Position numbers and translations under genes: made by a program
Notes under the pieces: generated by a model
Database searches by the model: none
Told to the model about the DNA's origin: nothing
What the model saw: the letters and a program-made list of their open reading frames with translations, nothing else
From: a virus
Taxonomy: Duplodnaviria > Caudoviricetes
Virus record (IMG/VR): IMGVR_UViG_3300046467_000865
Span: 1 to 64,000 of that record
Reading direction: 5' to 3' (one strand)
DNA length: 64,000 nt
Part shown: in pieces, positions 10,048 through 19,553 of the stretch
Position numbering within the stretch: position 1 is the stretch's first letter
Layout: every line of letters starts with the position of its first letter

Positions 10048-11047
10048 CTACGACACCTCTAAACACTTCATTCCAGTTGTTAACAAATCCGTCCATGCCA
10101 AATTTTGATTCAATGGTCTGTCTAGCCATTTTGCCAAGACTAGCACAAAGATCCGGGTCGTTTAGAAGATCTACAAGATATTTCCTTAGTTCATCCTCGT
10201 TATTAGAACAAAAACCATTAATGCCATTTTCTATTATTTCGGGGATGAGACAAGTAGCCGTAGAGACAACTGCGCATCCACACGCCATGGCTTCTAGCAA
10301 AGAGCATGGAATTGGCGAATAGGTAGAGGTGTTAACAAAAATCTGAGATTCGGAGTATGCTGTTCTTAGTTCTTCTAGTGATCCAGCGGGTTGAGATAAA
10401 CCCGGAGTGTCACCAATAACATGGACTGGGAGACCCTTGGTTATTCTTTCCCATATGCTATATCCACAACACCAGTCTCTGTTTTTCCAGTCGTTAACAA
10501 CAGATAGCATCTGTTGCTTTTTTGGTATATCTTCCGCTTTCCAAAAATCTGTATCTACCCCATGGTGTACTACTAAAGCATTGCTTTCATCTCGACCCCA
10601 AACTTTTCTGTTGTAGTCAGATATAAATACGTCTAGGTCACCCGAAAGAGAGCTAAAGTGATCGTATTCTTGCTGGCTCCAGTTTGTCGGTGGTAATATA
10701 TGCCAAAGGTTTACCATCGGCAGTCGAAGCATCTGGGCCATCTGCATAGAGACATCGTAGTGAGCCATCACATTCTGACACAGGATAAGATCTATATCCA
10801 GATGCAGAGGAACTTGATTTCCTTCTTCGCGTTTGTCTAAAATTATGTAGTTGTCTGGGACGGGAGCGTATTTGGTGTTCCAGTCTCTTATACCCTCTCC
10901 CGTTAAGGCGTAAAAATTATGGCCAGTTTTACATAGATTGGGTTCGTATCTTTCGTGCGTAACGAAAGTGAGTATGTTCAACGGCTCGTCTGGAGACCGT
11001 GTTGCCGCTCTTGTGATAGATGAAACAGGACTAACTGGCATTTTCAA
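10040..11047 (-). CDS. GT4 glycosyltransferase
   Basis: VHHGVDTDFW; IPCSLLEAMACGCAVVST; IIENGING. Confidence 0.83.
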   Translation of the reverse strand: MKMPVSPVSSITRAATRSPDEPLNILTFVTHERYEPNLCKTGHNFYALTGEGIRDWNTKYAPVPDNYIILDKREEGNQVPLHLDIDLILCQNVMAHYDVSMQMAQMLRLPMVNLWHILPPTNWSQQEYDHFSSLSGDLDVFISDYNRKVWGRDESNALVVHHGVDTDFWKAEDIPKKQQMLSVVNDWKNRDWCCGYSIWERITKGLPVHVIGDTPGLSQPAGSLEELRTAYSESQIFVNTSTYSPIPCSLLEAMACGCAVVSTATCLIPEIIENGINGFCSNNEDELRKYLVDLLNDPDLCASLGKMARQTIESKFGMDGFVNNWNEVFRGVVDA

Positions 11048-12173
11048 GTAGTTCCTTGATTATCTTTCCTACGGTCTCATATGAATATTTTTTCACGTCT
11101 TCTTGCCCTGCTTTTCTCATTGCTTGATATGCGTCAGGATCATTTTTCCATAATTCAAATACGTGTCTCATAGCTTTTCTTAAACCGTTTATGTCTATAG
11201 ACCACCAATTTTCATTTCCCGTGTAGATATCATTGAAGGTTTCAACCATTCCAAACACAGGTTCGGCACGCACATCAACAAGTTGTCCACCCCCTCCTAT
11301 GTATTCCAACGGACCCCCCACACTGGAGCATATTGGCGTGTTTCCAAAACCCATTGCGTCGAGTGCCGGTATACCCCAAGCTTCCCCGTAGCTAGGCATA
11401 ACAAGACAATCACAGGTACAATGCATTGAATACATTTCTTGTTCTGTGATGTGATCAGTGGCGATCAATTCATATTTATAGTCTTCTATGGATGGATAAA
11501 TTTTCAAGTTTTCTTTTATCTGACGACACATTTCTTTAACGTGCTCTAGCGTTTCTTCTGGAGTTAATCCTTCTTTTGTTGTTTTAATAAAAAGGGATGC
11601 TGGCTCATTAACACCAAATTCTAAGTGGAACGCTTTGAGCAGGGCTACCAAATTTTTCCTTCGAATCATATCTCCTATAAAATAGAAACAGAACGTTTCT
11701 TCAATGTCTGGTATAGGAAGAGTTGGTCTGGATACTTCAAATTTTTCTACATCAGTAGCGCAAGGCACTATTTTTATAGGTATGTCTACACCACTATTAA
11801 TAGATGCCTCTTTCATTTGGTTGCAACACACCCACGCTTCGTCTAAGGAGTTGATTCTTTGTGGCCATGTTGAACCACTAAATGAGTCTGTTTCAGTAAA
11901 ATACAAACCTATGTTTTTGTCAAAATGTCCATTGTAATCCATTAAGTGCGGCAAAACATTTTGGATGCAAATGTTTGCGCCTTTCAACGGCTTTTGTTCA
12001 AGCTCGATGACTCTTTCTGGAATAGGAGTTATAGCGCTGTTAAGTTTGACCGGACGACAAACCACGTCAATTCCTGCGGCGTCCATAGCCAAAATGTAAT
12101 CAACAGCGGCTTGGCCCCAGCCTGTACCATCTCTATATACGCCTATAAATAATACTTTCATGCTGGCATCCAA
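11031..12173 (-). CDS. GT4 glycosyltransferase
   Basis: TGWGQAA, RRKNL, PSYGEAWGIPALDAMGFG. Confidence 0.83.
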   Translation of the reverse strand: MDASMKVLFIGVYRDGTGWGQAAVDYILAMDAAGIDVVCRPVKLNSAITPIPERVIELEQKPLKGANICIQNVLPHLMDYNGHFDKNIGLYFTETDSFSGSTWPQRINSLDEAWVCCNQMKEASINSGVDIPIKIVPCATDVEKFEVSRPTLPIPDIEETFCFYFIGDMIRRKNLVALLKAFHLEFGVNEPASLFIKTTKEGLTPEETLEHVKEMCRQIKENLKIYPSIEDYKYELIATDHITEQEMYSMHCTCDCLVMPSYGEAWGIPALDAMGFGNTPICSSVGGPLEYIGGGGQLVDVRAEPVFGMVETFNDIYTGNENWWSIDINGLRKAMRHVFELWKNDPDAYQAMRKAGQEDVKKYSYETVGKIIKELLENAS

Positions 12174-13819
12174 GATGGCCTTGGTTCAGTTATTTGTCCA
12201 ATACGTCTTTGTTCCCAATAATTTCTTAACCCACAAAGATTTGCCATCTGGTTATAAGCTTCTTGTAGATTAAAATCTTTAAAACTGGGTCTGTTGTAAG
12301 CAAAGGAGTCTTCATTGAAGTATAGACTTCCAGTTCCTTCTATAAAGACTCCGTAATTTAAGTCTCTTATCAGCCTTGCTTCCATATATGAATTAAGCTT
12401 GTCGGGATCTCCCAAGACGTTAATTATTAGCCATTTTGCCAAGTCCCTATTGTTTAAATCTTGAGGAACCTGCTCAGACGGCTGATGTATATTTGGTGGC
12501 GTTGACTCCCAGACCCCCTCTTGGAGAGGGACGGAGTCAAAATAGTCGGCCCACTTCTTAGCTGTATCGTCGTATTGATAACTTTTTTCAAAAGCCTTCC
12601 TAGTTTCAAGCCCTTGTTTTCTTTGCTCCTCTTTAGAGAGTGCAAAAAACTCTAGAAGTTTTTCAGTAGTGTATTCGTTGTCTGGGATCGCGCGCCAACA
12701 ACCAGTTTCAAGTTCTAGATATTTGGTTTTTAGCTTAAGCGGAGTCCCCTTTAGCCTTCTAATGACGCTGTGCATCGCAGAGTAGTCTACGGACATCACG
12801 GGCACGCCACAAGCAGCAGCCTCTACCTGTGGCAACCCAAAACCCTCGCTGTTGGCATATTGCAAATACAAATCAAACGTGTTGATGATCTTGCATAGGT
12901 ACTCCGAGGAAACACCTTTGTTCACATTTGATAGACTTGCTTTATATTGTTCACATCTTGGACATTGGGTGATAGCATCATAGAAAAATGATGGAAACGG
13001 GTGTTGACACTCTTCGCATACGTATGTGAAAAGAACCCTACTACACAAACCATATTGTTTTAATAGCTTGGGTATATCCCACCCAACGTCGGGGTAGCTT
13101 GTATGACAATATAGATACGCTTTACTATTGTCGGATGCGTCTAAATAATTTCTAAAAGATTCGAACAGATCTGGGAAAAGTTTGCGCCTTTGGTTGCGCA
13201 TTACAGTTCCAATAAGATCTATATCTTTGTCTATACCCATAGATTCTCTATGAGTTTCTTTGTCTGTAATAATTTGAAATACTTCGTCAGCCGAAGGGGG
13301 CGCACTACCTAAAATATTAATAGATGAACCCGCCTCCTTTTTTAGCGTGTGGATCGCCCAATCAGAATAGGTAAACACGGCATTGGCGCTGGAATAAGTT
13401 TCCAACCACTGCTCATTTTGCCCTTCCGCATCGACCGTTGGCATAATCACCCAATTGTACAATTGTCTAAATGGGGATCTGCTTTCAAACTCTATCATCC
13501 AAAAATCACGAATATCAAAAACAATATCTGGTTTAAAGTCTAATAGAACTTCCTCAAATCTAAACTCACCAAACTGATTATTGGGATTAGAGTGATAGTC
13601 TTGCGCGGCCTCCTTGTTAGAAGGTCTCGGACTATTGGGGTACGCTTTCCACGGTATATCTTGCAACCTTGGATCTTGTGGTTGCGCATAAACCGATAGC
13701 TCCGCAAGCTCGTACTTGTCGGAGCTATATAACCTTTTCATGACCTCTCGGCCATACGTGGCGTATCCAGTATTTAAAAAAGACGCTTCGTTACAAAGCA
13801 GTATCCTTTTTTTCCTCAT
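12158..13819 (-). CDS. GT4 glycosyltransferase with internal zinc-ribbon-like insertion
   Basis: TGYATY, RNQRRK, SEGFGLPQVEAAACGVPV; insertion CEEC...CPRC. Confidence 0.82.
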   Translation of the reverse strand: MRKKRILLCNEASFLNTGYATYGREVMKRLYSSDKYELAELSVYAQPQDPRLQDIPWKAYPNSPRPSNKEAAQDYHSNPNNQFGEFRFEEVLLDFKPDIVFDIRDFWMIEFESRSPFRQLYNWVIMPTVDAEGQNEQWLETYSSANAVFTYSDWAIHTLKKEAGSSINILGSAPPSADEVFQIITDKETHRESMGIDKDIDLIGTVMRNQRRKLFPDLFESFRNYLDASDNSKAYLYCHTSYPDVGWDIPKLLKQYGLCSRVLFTYVCEECQHPFPSFFYDAITQCPRCEQYKASLSNVNKGVSSEYLCKIINTFDLYLQYANSEGFGLPQVEAAACGVPVMSVDYSAMHSVIRRLKGTPLKLKTKYLELETGCWRAIPDNEYTTEKLLEFFALSKEEQRKQGLETRKAFEKSYQYDDTAKKWADYFDSVPLQEGVWESTPPNIHQPSEQVPQDLNNRDLAKWLIINVLGDPDKLNSYMEARLIRDLNYGVFIEGTGSLYFNEDSFAYNRPSFKDFNLQEAYNQMANLCGLRNYWEQRRIGQITEPRPSWMPA

Positions 13820-14309
13820 TCTGATTGACTTTTTTTAAAATGGACAGAAGTTTTCTAACTACATTCTTTACGTGATTTTTGGTGCAAGACAATGTTTCTG
13901 CTATTTCTTTGTGTGTGTAATTTTGAGCTTTGAGATAAAGGATTAGTTTTTCTTGCTCACTTAAACTATCTGGTATTGCCTCCCAAAGCCTCTCTTTTGG
14001 TGTATAAAAGTCTGCGTTTTTTCCCACAATGCTTCTTGTTTGTACAATATACGTAAAAGATTTCTTTTTGTTCTTTCTTATGTATCTAAATATTTCATTT
14101 TTAATACATGTGGTAGCGAATGTAGAAAATTTACTCTTTTCGGGATCGTAATTTCTTATCGCTTTAACTAGACCTATCAAACCAACTTGTATATGATCGT
14201 CCAAGTCTTGTTTATTAGAAGAGAACCTGAGAGCTTGAGTAACAACTAGTCCATAATGTTTATCGACCAGTTGTCCCTCAAGCTCTTCAGGATTCTTGTT
14301 GTTTTTCAT
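13791..14309 (-). CDS. Sigma-70 family RNA polymerase sigma factor (regions 2 and 4 only)
   Basis: DDHIQVGLIGLVKAIRNYDPEKSKFSTFATTCIKNEI (region 2); LSEQEKLI..YTHKEIAETL (region 4 HTH). Confidence 0.85.
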   Translation of the reverse strand: MKNNKNPEELEGQLVDKHYGLVVTQALRFSSNKQDLDDHIQVGLIGLVKAIRNYDPEKSKFSTFATTCIKNEIFRYIRKNKKKSFTYIVQTRSIVGKNADFYTPKERLWEAIPDSLSEQEKLILYLKAQNYTHKEIAETLSCTKNHVKNVVRKLLSILKKVNQNEEKKDTAL

Positions 14310-14312
14310 TAT

Positions 14313-14723
14313 TTAAAATGGGGCTTCCGAAGAAGCAGCCGCAGCGACTACCGGGTCGGTAGAATCTTGAGACTCTTCTCTGGATTCTTCTCTATGACTA
14401 TTATTACCATTGTTAAATAGTTTGAATCTATTTACGCGAAACTTAATCTTGGAGCGCTTGTTGCCCTCTTTGTCTGTCCACTTATCTTGCCTAGCTGTAG
14501 CCAAAACCGCTAGTTCATCACCCTTCTGGCAATATCTATCAATAGTGGTAGCACCCGTGTCCCAAGCTTCAAAATCTAGGTAGTCAACCTTCTTGCTCTT
14601 TTCACCGTCTCTTGATTTTCTATATTCATTGATAGCAAGGGTAAATCTAACCACCGAAGTCTCGTTGACATCGTTAAGTTCGGGGTCAGCTACTAAACGA
14701 CCAATAAAATGACAACTATTCAT
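14313..14723 (-). CDS. ssb: Single-stranded DNA-binding protein
   Basis: IGRLVADPEL, KGDEL, C-terminal EAPF tail. Confidence 0.95.
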   Translation of the reverse strand: MNSCHFIGRLVADPELNDVNETSVVRFTLAINEYRKSRDGEKSKKVDYLDFEAWDTGATTIDRYCQKGDELAVLATARQDKWTDKEGNKRSKIKFRVNRFKLFNNGNNSHREESREESQDSTDPVVAAAASSEAPF

Positions 14724-15253
14724 TACATACCTTCCATTAGAAACGCTAGGTGAATTAACTCGTAGCCTTCGGCTACTTCTTCTTTCTTAGACAACTCTAA
14801 GAATTCTTTGGTAAAGTTTGGATACGCTGCATAAAATATTTCCGCCAGCTTTTCCTCCTTGCCTGTGTTTTTTTGATTGATACAAGGCCCAATTATGTCT
14901 ACAAAACTAACATCTTCGTTATATTCATTTCCATTTTCTCGATGGTATGTTATAAACTTGCTAGATAAGCCAAGTCTTTCTGTCTTCATCAAAATGTCTT
15001 GAAAGATTAATATCCTTGACGCATATGGTGGACATTCTACAAAACTAGTGTTATGCGTGTCATTAGAATAGTAATGTATCCCAGACTGGATTGGCCCCTC
15101 TTGTATTTGGTATACAGATATAACACCAGCAATCTCAGGGTCTGTCGCCACCTTGGACGGAAAGGTTACAGAACACCCCCTGTCCTCAGACTCGTAAACC
15201 CTGACAACGTAGTCATGGTTTTTGAAAAATTGTATAAGGTCTCTGTCTTCCAT
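14723..15253 (-). CDS. Hypothetical protein
   Basis: 176-aa ORF coupled to ssb; no motif recognised. Confidence 0.5.
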   Translation of the reverse strand: MEDRDLIQFFKNHDYVVRVYESEDRGCSVTFPSKVATDPEIAGVISVYQIQEGPIQSGIHYYSNDTHNTSFVECPPYASRILIFQDILMKTERLGLSSKFITYHRENGNEYNEDVSFVDIIGPCINQKNTGKEEKLAEIFYAAYPNFTKEFLELSKKEEVAEGYELIHLAFLMEGM

Positions 15254-15292
15254 CGTCTTATTATTTAACCAATCAGAACGGTTTTTTGCACT

Positions 15293-16972
15293 TCATATCT
15301 GGAAAACTTTTTTCACCACAAACCCATCGTAGGACTGAGAACGTCTTTTTCCTTTTGAGTCAGACCTTCCACCATGGAGTAGGACGGTGTTGCCTTCATA
15401 TAGCAAAGCCTTGTTATTTTTCCATTCGTCTGAAAAAACTGTAATATTGTCTAGAGCGCCACTACCATCTTCTACGCTTAAGAAGCCCATTTTTTGTCCC
15501 TTGGACCTACCTCTTTTAACTGTATATTCGTTTGCTCGCGCAATTTGTATGGCTAAAATTATATTACCATCCTTGCCATCAAAAAACTCTTTACATGTGC
15601 AATTGGAGGCGCTGGTGTCGCAAGCGTCTACTTCTGAATAAGTTAATGATATTCCCAGATATTCTTTTTCAGTATTAGACACCCAACTAGGACTATCGTC
15701 CAAAGAATAAGGTGGGTTTTCAATAAGAAGAACTAAGTCTGAAACGAGTTCACTTCTAGTCACGTTAAAAGTTCCACCGCCTAATTTTTTAGTAGGCGCA
15801 AGCATCTTTAAAGCACTTGATAATTCTCCCCATTGATCTCGCCTCTCTACAATCCACTCTCTCTCTTTGTCTGTAAGTTTTTGCCAAGTCTCTAGCTCAT
15901 AAAGCATCTTGTTTCTAGAGATCTTAAAATGAGACAATGCGCCAACTGATATGAGAGCCGTAATAACCCTTGCGTTAATCTTGTGAGACGCATTAACCAA
16001 AAACTCGTACCACACCCAATCTACAACAGGCTTGCCAAGCTCCACTTCTATACTATCTATAGTTTCCAACAGTTTTTCTACATGCTTGACCCCAACAGAC
16101 TTAATATCGTTGAACCCAAAATTGATTACATTATTTTTAATGCCAAACTTTGCAGACATGTTTGTCAGGGATGGTGGGGTTACATCTATTCCAGAAAGTT
16201 TGGCGTCTGTCACCAGATCACGTATTTCCGATTGTGTGTCCTGCTTCCCATCTGCAAAAAATAAATAGCTGCAATAGAAATTTACTGGAAAGTGAGCCTT
16301 TGCGTAAGCAGACCAATATCCGCATATGGCGTAAGAAACAGCATGACTTTTGTTGAAAGCGTACCTGTTGGATTTTTCGATCCACCCAAAAATTTCTTCG
16401 GCAACTTCGTCAGTAACGATTCCTTCCCTAGAAGCCCCCTCTATAAAAGACTCCTTTACTTGAGACATCAAGCCAGCTTGCTTTTTGCCGATAGCCTTTC
16501 TCAAGTTGTCTGCTTGTTGTAGATCAAACCCGGCAATAACTTGCGCTATTTGCATGCTTTGTTCTTGATACACAAGAACGCCTTGAGTAGACTTCAGAGT
16601 CGGCTCCAAAGAATCGTGTAGATAGGCAACGTCTTCCAGACCATTTTTTCTATCTACATAATGCTGGGTCATTGACTTACCGTCAATAATAGCTTTTAGA
16701 CATCCGGGTCTGATGAGAGCTATGAGAGCAGCAAGCTCTTCAATATTTCGTGGGCGTATTCTTTTGGCCCAAGATTTTCCTAAATTACTCTCTAGTTGGA
16801 ATACCCCTTTGGTTCTTCCAGCAGATATTAGATCCCAAGTCTTGTCACAATCGTATCCACATTGGTTAATGTCAAATTCCGTAGATGGTAACCCAGTTTG
16901 GGATAAAGTGACAGGGTGGTCTGGATCTAAAACCCCGAAAGAGCACCCGCAATCAAATTCGTAATTTTTCAT
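15293..16972 (-). CDS. dnaE: DNA polymerase III alpha subunit, C-terminal half (fingers, HhH, OB)
   Basis: TKGVFQLES, LIRPG, VLVYQEQ, LRKAIGKK, YAFNKSHAVSY, OB-fold MGFLSVEDGSG..VFSDEW. Confidence 0.92.
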   Translation of the reverse strand: MKNYEFDCGCSFGVLDPDHPVTLSQTGLPSTEFDINQCGYDCDKTWDLISAGRTKGVFQLESNLGKSWAKRIRPRNIEELAALIALIRPGCLKAIIDGKSMTQHYVDRKNGLEDVAYLHDSLEPTLKSTQGVLVYQEQSMQIAQVIAGFDLQQADNLRKAIGKKQAGLMSQVKESFIEGASREGIVTDEVAEEIFGWIEKSNRYAFNKSHAVSYAICGYWSAYAKAHFPVNFYCSYLFFADGKQDTQSEIRDLVTDAKLSGIDVTPPSLTNMSAKFGIKNNVINFGFNDIKSVGVKHVEKLLETIDSIEVELGKPVVDWVWYEFLVNASHKINARVITALISVGALSHFKISRNKMLYELETWQKLTDKEREWIVERRDQWGELSSALKMLAPTKKLGGGTFNVTRSELVSDLVLLIENPPYSLDDSPSWVSNTEKEYLGISLTYSEVDACDTSASNCTCKEFFDGKDGNIILAIQIARANEYTVKRGRSKGQKMGFLSVEDGSGALDNITVFSDEWKNNKALLYEGNTVLLHGGRSDSKGKRRSQSYDGFVVKKVFQI

Positions 16973-17633
16973 CGGCTAGAGCCTTTTCAAACTGAACTTT
17001 TGGGGCAAACAGTCTATACAATTTGAGAAATTTAATCAAAACGGTGGCGGTGTCTTTGACATCTTGTAGAGCGTCGTGGGCGTTGTCTTTGGGGATTCCC
17101 ATCCAATCACGAATGGAGTCCATGCTGACGCTTCTGATATCGGGATTGTTTTCGGTCCACATAAACACATTTCGCATCAAATCCATACGATGGATAGGAT
17201 GAAACAACGATTGCACGTTTCTCTTTTTATCTAATGGCCCGTGTTCTTGACATAACCTTTCTGCTATAATCATGTCAAAATTTTCTATATTATGACCGGC
17301 GGCTATGGGGGCCGTCCAGCTAGTTTTTTTGAAGTTGAATTTTTCAATATACTTGTTAAATCTATGCCAGACGGTTTTGGGGTGCGGTGCTTTTGCGAGT
17401 TCTGATCTAGTTTTTTTATTAATCGCAAGAGCCTCCTCTTCTAAGGGGTCAAGACCCGCCGCAATCGCGTCCTCATCTTTAAGTGGCTTAATTAGAGATT
17501 CAAAATAACCATTAGGTTGTACTGTTAATTTACGACCATGTATCATAACGGCAGCGATTTGTACCGGCTGCGTAGTACGCGGATTTCTACTTCCGGTTTC
17601 AAAATCAAACACGCAAATATCATTATAGTTCAT
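16953..17633 (-). CDS. DEDDh 3'-5' exonuclease (DnaQ/epsilon-like)
   Basis: VFDFETG, AGHNIENFD, HDALQDV. Confidence 0.87.
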   Translation of the reverse strand: MNYNDICVFDFETGSRNPRTTQPVQIAAVMIHGRKLTVQPNGYFESLIKPLKDEDAIAAGLDPLEEEALAINKKTRSELAKAPHPKTVWHRFNKYIEKFNFKKTSWTAPIAAGHNIENFDMIIAERLCQEHGPLDKKRNVQSLFHPIHRMDLMRNVFMWTENNPDIRSVSMDSIRDWMGIPKDNAHDALQDVKDTATVLIKFLKLYRLFAPKVQFEKALADEKLRI

Positions 17634-18717
17634 TCTTATCCTCGTTTTCGCCTACCAATATATTCATTTTTTCATTAAACTTCTCGAAGTCTATATCATG
17701 ATATCTCACACACTTTCTTTCGTCAAAATTACCCTCCGCTAACAAATAAGCGCCGCACGCTGTAGGCAAACCGGTAGATCTTTGCATGGCTGAAAATCCG
17801 CCTTGTGGCGGTATTAACAACTCCTGTATTTTGTCGTCTATGGAAATGTATATTAGTACACAATCTTCGCCATTATCAAACTTGCACTTTCTTAAGAAAA
17901 TTTCTTTCAGCAAGTCTCTATCTAGTTCAATCCCATTAATTAAGAGGTCTACAGTTTTTGCATGTCCGGGCCATCTAAGAGTGCGATACGAAACATTGAC
18001 CGCTCCAAGATCCTTCATTCTTTGAATAGTGTGCGAAGACCCCCCGCTTGTATAGAAACCCTCTAGATCCCCTAGAGATTTAGTACTTATTTTTGTATAG
18101 CCGCCCAAAGAATTGTAAGTGGTTTCTTCCCCATTTTCTAAGACAGCGCAGCTTTCTGTATATTCATTCAGAAGACCTTCTACCGACCATGTGCAATAGT
18201 AGTTGAAATGGTCATTCTTGTTGTAGAGCCTTGGTATGCCGCCAACCATAATAGATACGGTTTCAGGATTCTTGTCTTCTTGATCAGCAATTTGTTTATA
18301 AAAAGCCTCTGCTAATATGTTTGCTAAACCCGGAGCAAGCCCTATGTCAGTCATCACGGGCTTTGACGCAAACTTAGAAGCGAAGTCGTTTATCTCGTTG
18401 CTTATTTCAACGTTCCCACCAAGATCACAATATCTTATGCCGTTTTTAATACAGTGTTTTGCTAGGATTAAATTTTTGTGGTAAGGAAGAGAGGAGACAA
18501 CCACGTCTGGATACGGTCGCCCTAGACTGTTTGGAAGATCCAAACTTTCTGGGTTTGTTATAGTCCGTAGTTCTGCGTCTTGCTCAAGTATGCTATTGCA
18601 TTTTTGCAAAGACTCTGAAGAAACATCTATTAAAATTAGGTGGTCGCAACCTAGTTTCTCCACAGCCCATGCTATGGGTTTCCCCATTCTACCGCAACCG
18701 AAAATAGCCACTTTCAT
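17623..18717 (-). CDS. Saccharopine dehydrogenase family, most like lysine 6-dehydrogenase
   Basis: GCGRMG, CDLGG, DIGLAPGLANILA, VGGIP, WSVEGLLNEY, LEGFYTSGG, YRTLRWPGH. Confidence 0.82.
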   Translation of the reverse strand: MKVAIFGCGRMGKPIAWAVEKLGCDHLILIDVSSESLQKCNSILEQDAELRTITNPESLDLPNSLGRPYPDVVVSSLPYHKNLILAKHCIKNGIRYCDLGGNVEISNEINDFASKFASKPVMTDIGLAPGLANILAEAFYKQIADQEDKNPETVSIMVGGIPRLYNKNDHFNYYCTWSVEGLLNEYTESCAVLENGEETTYNSLGGYTKISTKSLGDLEGFYTSGGSSHTIQRMKDLGAVNVSYRTLRWPGHAKTVDLLINGIELDRDLLKEIFLRKCKFDNGEDCVLIYISIDDKIQELLIPPQGGFSAMQRSTGLPTACGAYLLAEGNFDERKCVRYHDIDFEKFNEKMNILVGENEDKNEL

Positions 18718-19553
18718 TGCACTGCTCTTCCTTTAAGATCTTCCCAGTCTTTTTCTGGTCTGACCACCAAGTTGGTGTCCCACGCCCCAATTAGAGTGTT
18801 GGGAGATATTCCAAAGTCTGCTGCGTGTTGTATGATAGCGTTGAGATCTTTTGGAAAACAACTTCCGCCGAACCCAAGATTTCCATCTGGGCCGGGAACT
18901 GACCAGTGAGAGTCCCCCAGTCGCTCGTCGTGTATAGCATACTCGACCACCTTGTCGTAGTCAACCCCGTTCTCCTCGCACATGGCGGCGAATTCGTTTG
19001 CTAGCGATACTTTGACAGCTAGGAAACAATTGGTAAGATATTTGACATATTCTGCGATAGTTGAATCTGTTTTTATAATAGACGCTTTAGGAAAAACATT
19101 TGCGTAGAATGATCTCAATCTTGTGGTTGCTGGCCTAGGACCGCCCAAAATAACACGAGTAGTATTACGAAAATCTTCCGCTGCGTTTCTTTCCAGTAAG
19201 AATTCTGGATTGAACACAATTTGTGAATCTGCGCACATTTCGTTTAGATATTTTGTTGTGCCGGGAGGAACAGTGGATTTGATTACTATAATGTTTCTTC
19301 TACCGGTTTTACAAGCGGATATACATACCTGCTCTACTATCGACGTGTCACAAGAACCATCTGGTTTCATCGGGGTCGGCACACACACGAAGACCACGTC
19401 GCAATCATAGGCTAGATGCTGTACAGACTTATGGGTGGATAAGTGTTTATGCGCTTTGTCATAAGTATACACTCTGTTGTAACAGGAGAAAACTTCGGTT
19501 AGCGCCGATCCTACAAAGCCCTGTCCTACTATTCCCACTGTTCTTATTTTCAT
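18714..19553 (-). CDS. UDP-glucose/GDP-mannose dehydrogenase family, lacking C-terminal domain
   Basis: GQGFVG, CVPTP, KSTVPPG, NPEFL, KYLTNCFLA, GGSCFPKD; start placed at the ATGA overlap with the lat stop. Confidence 0.82.
   Translation of the reverse strand: MKIRTVGIVGQGFVGSALTEVFSCYNRVYTYDKAHKHLSTHKSVQHLAYDCDVVFVCVPTPMKPDGSCDTSIVEQVCISACKTGRRNIIVIKSTVPPGTTKYLNEMCADSQIVFNPEFLLERNAAEDFRNTTRVILGGPRPATTRLRSFYANVFPKASIIKTDSTIAEYVKYLTNCFLAVKVSLANEFAAMCEENGVDYDKVVEYAIHDERLGDSHWSVPGPDGNLGFGGSCFPKDLNAIIQHAADFGISPNTLIGAWDTNLVVRPEKDWEDLKGRAVQ

Noticed and set aside
17623-18717. Homospermidine or carboxynorspermidine synthase for polyamine DNA modification
   Set aside because: Motifs (GLAPG, WSVEGL, TSGG, TLRWPGH) match the lysine 6-dehydrogenase branch better; no base-modification enzymes recognised in the window
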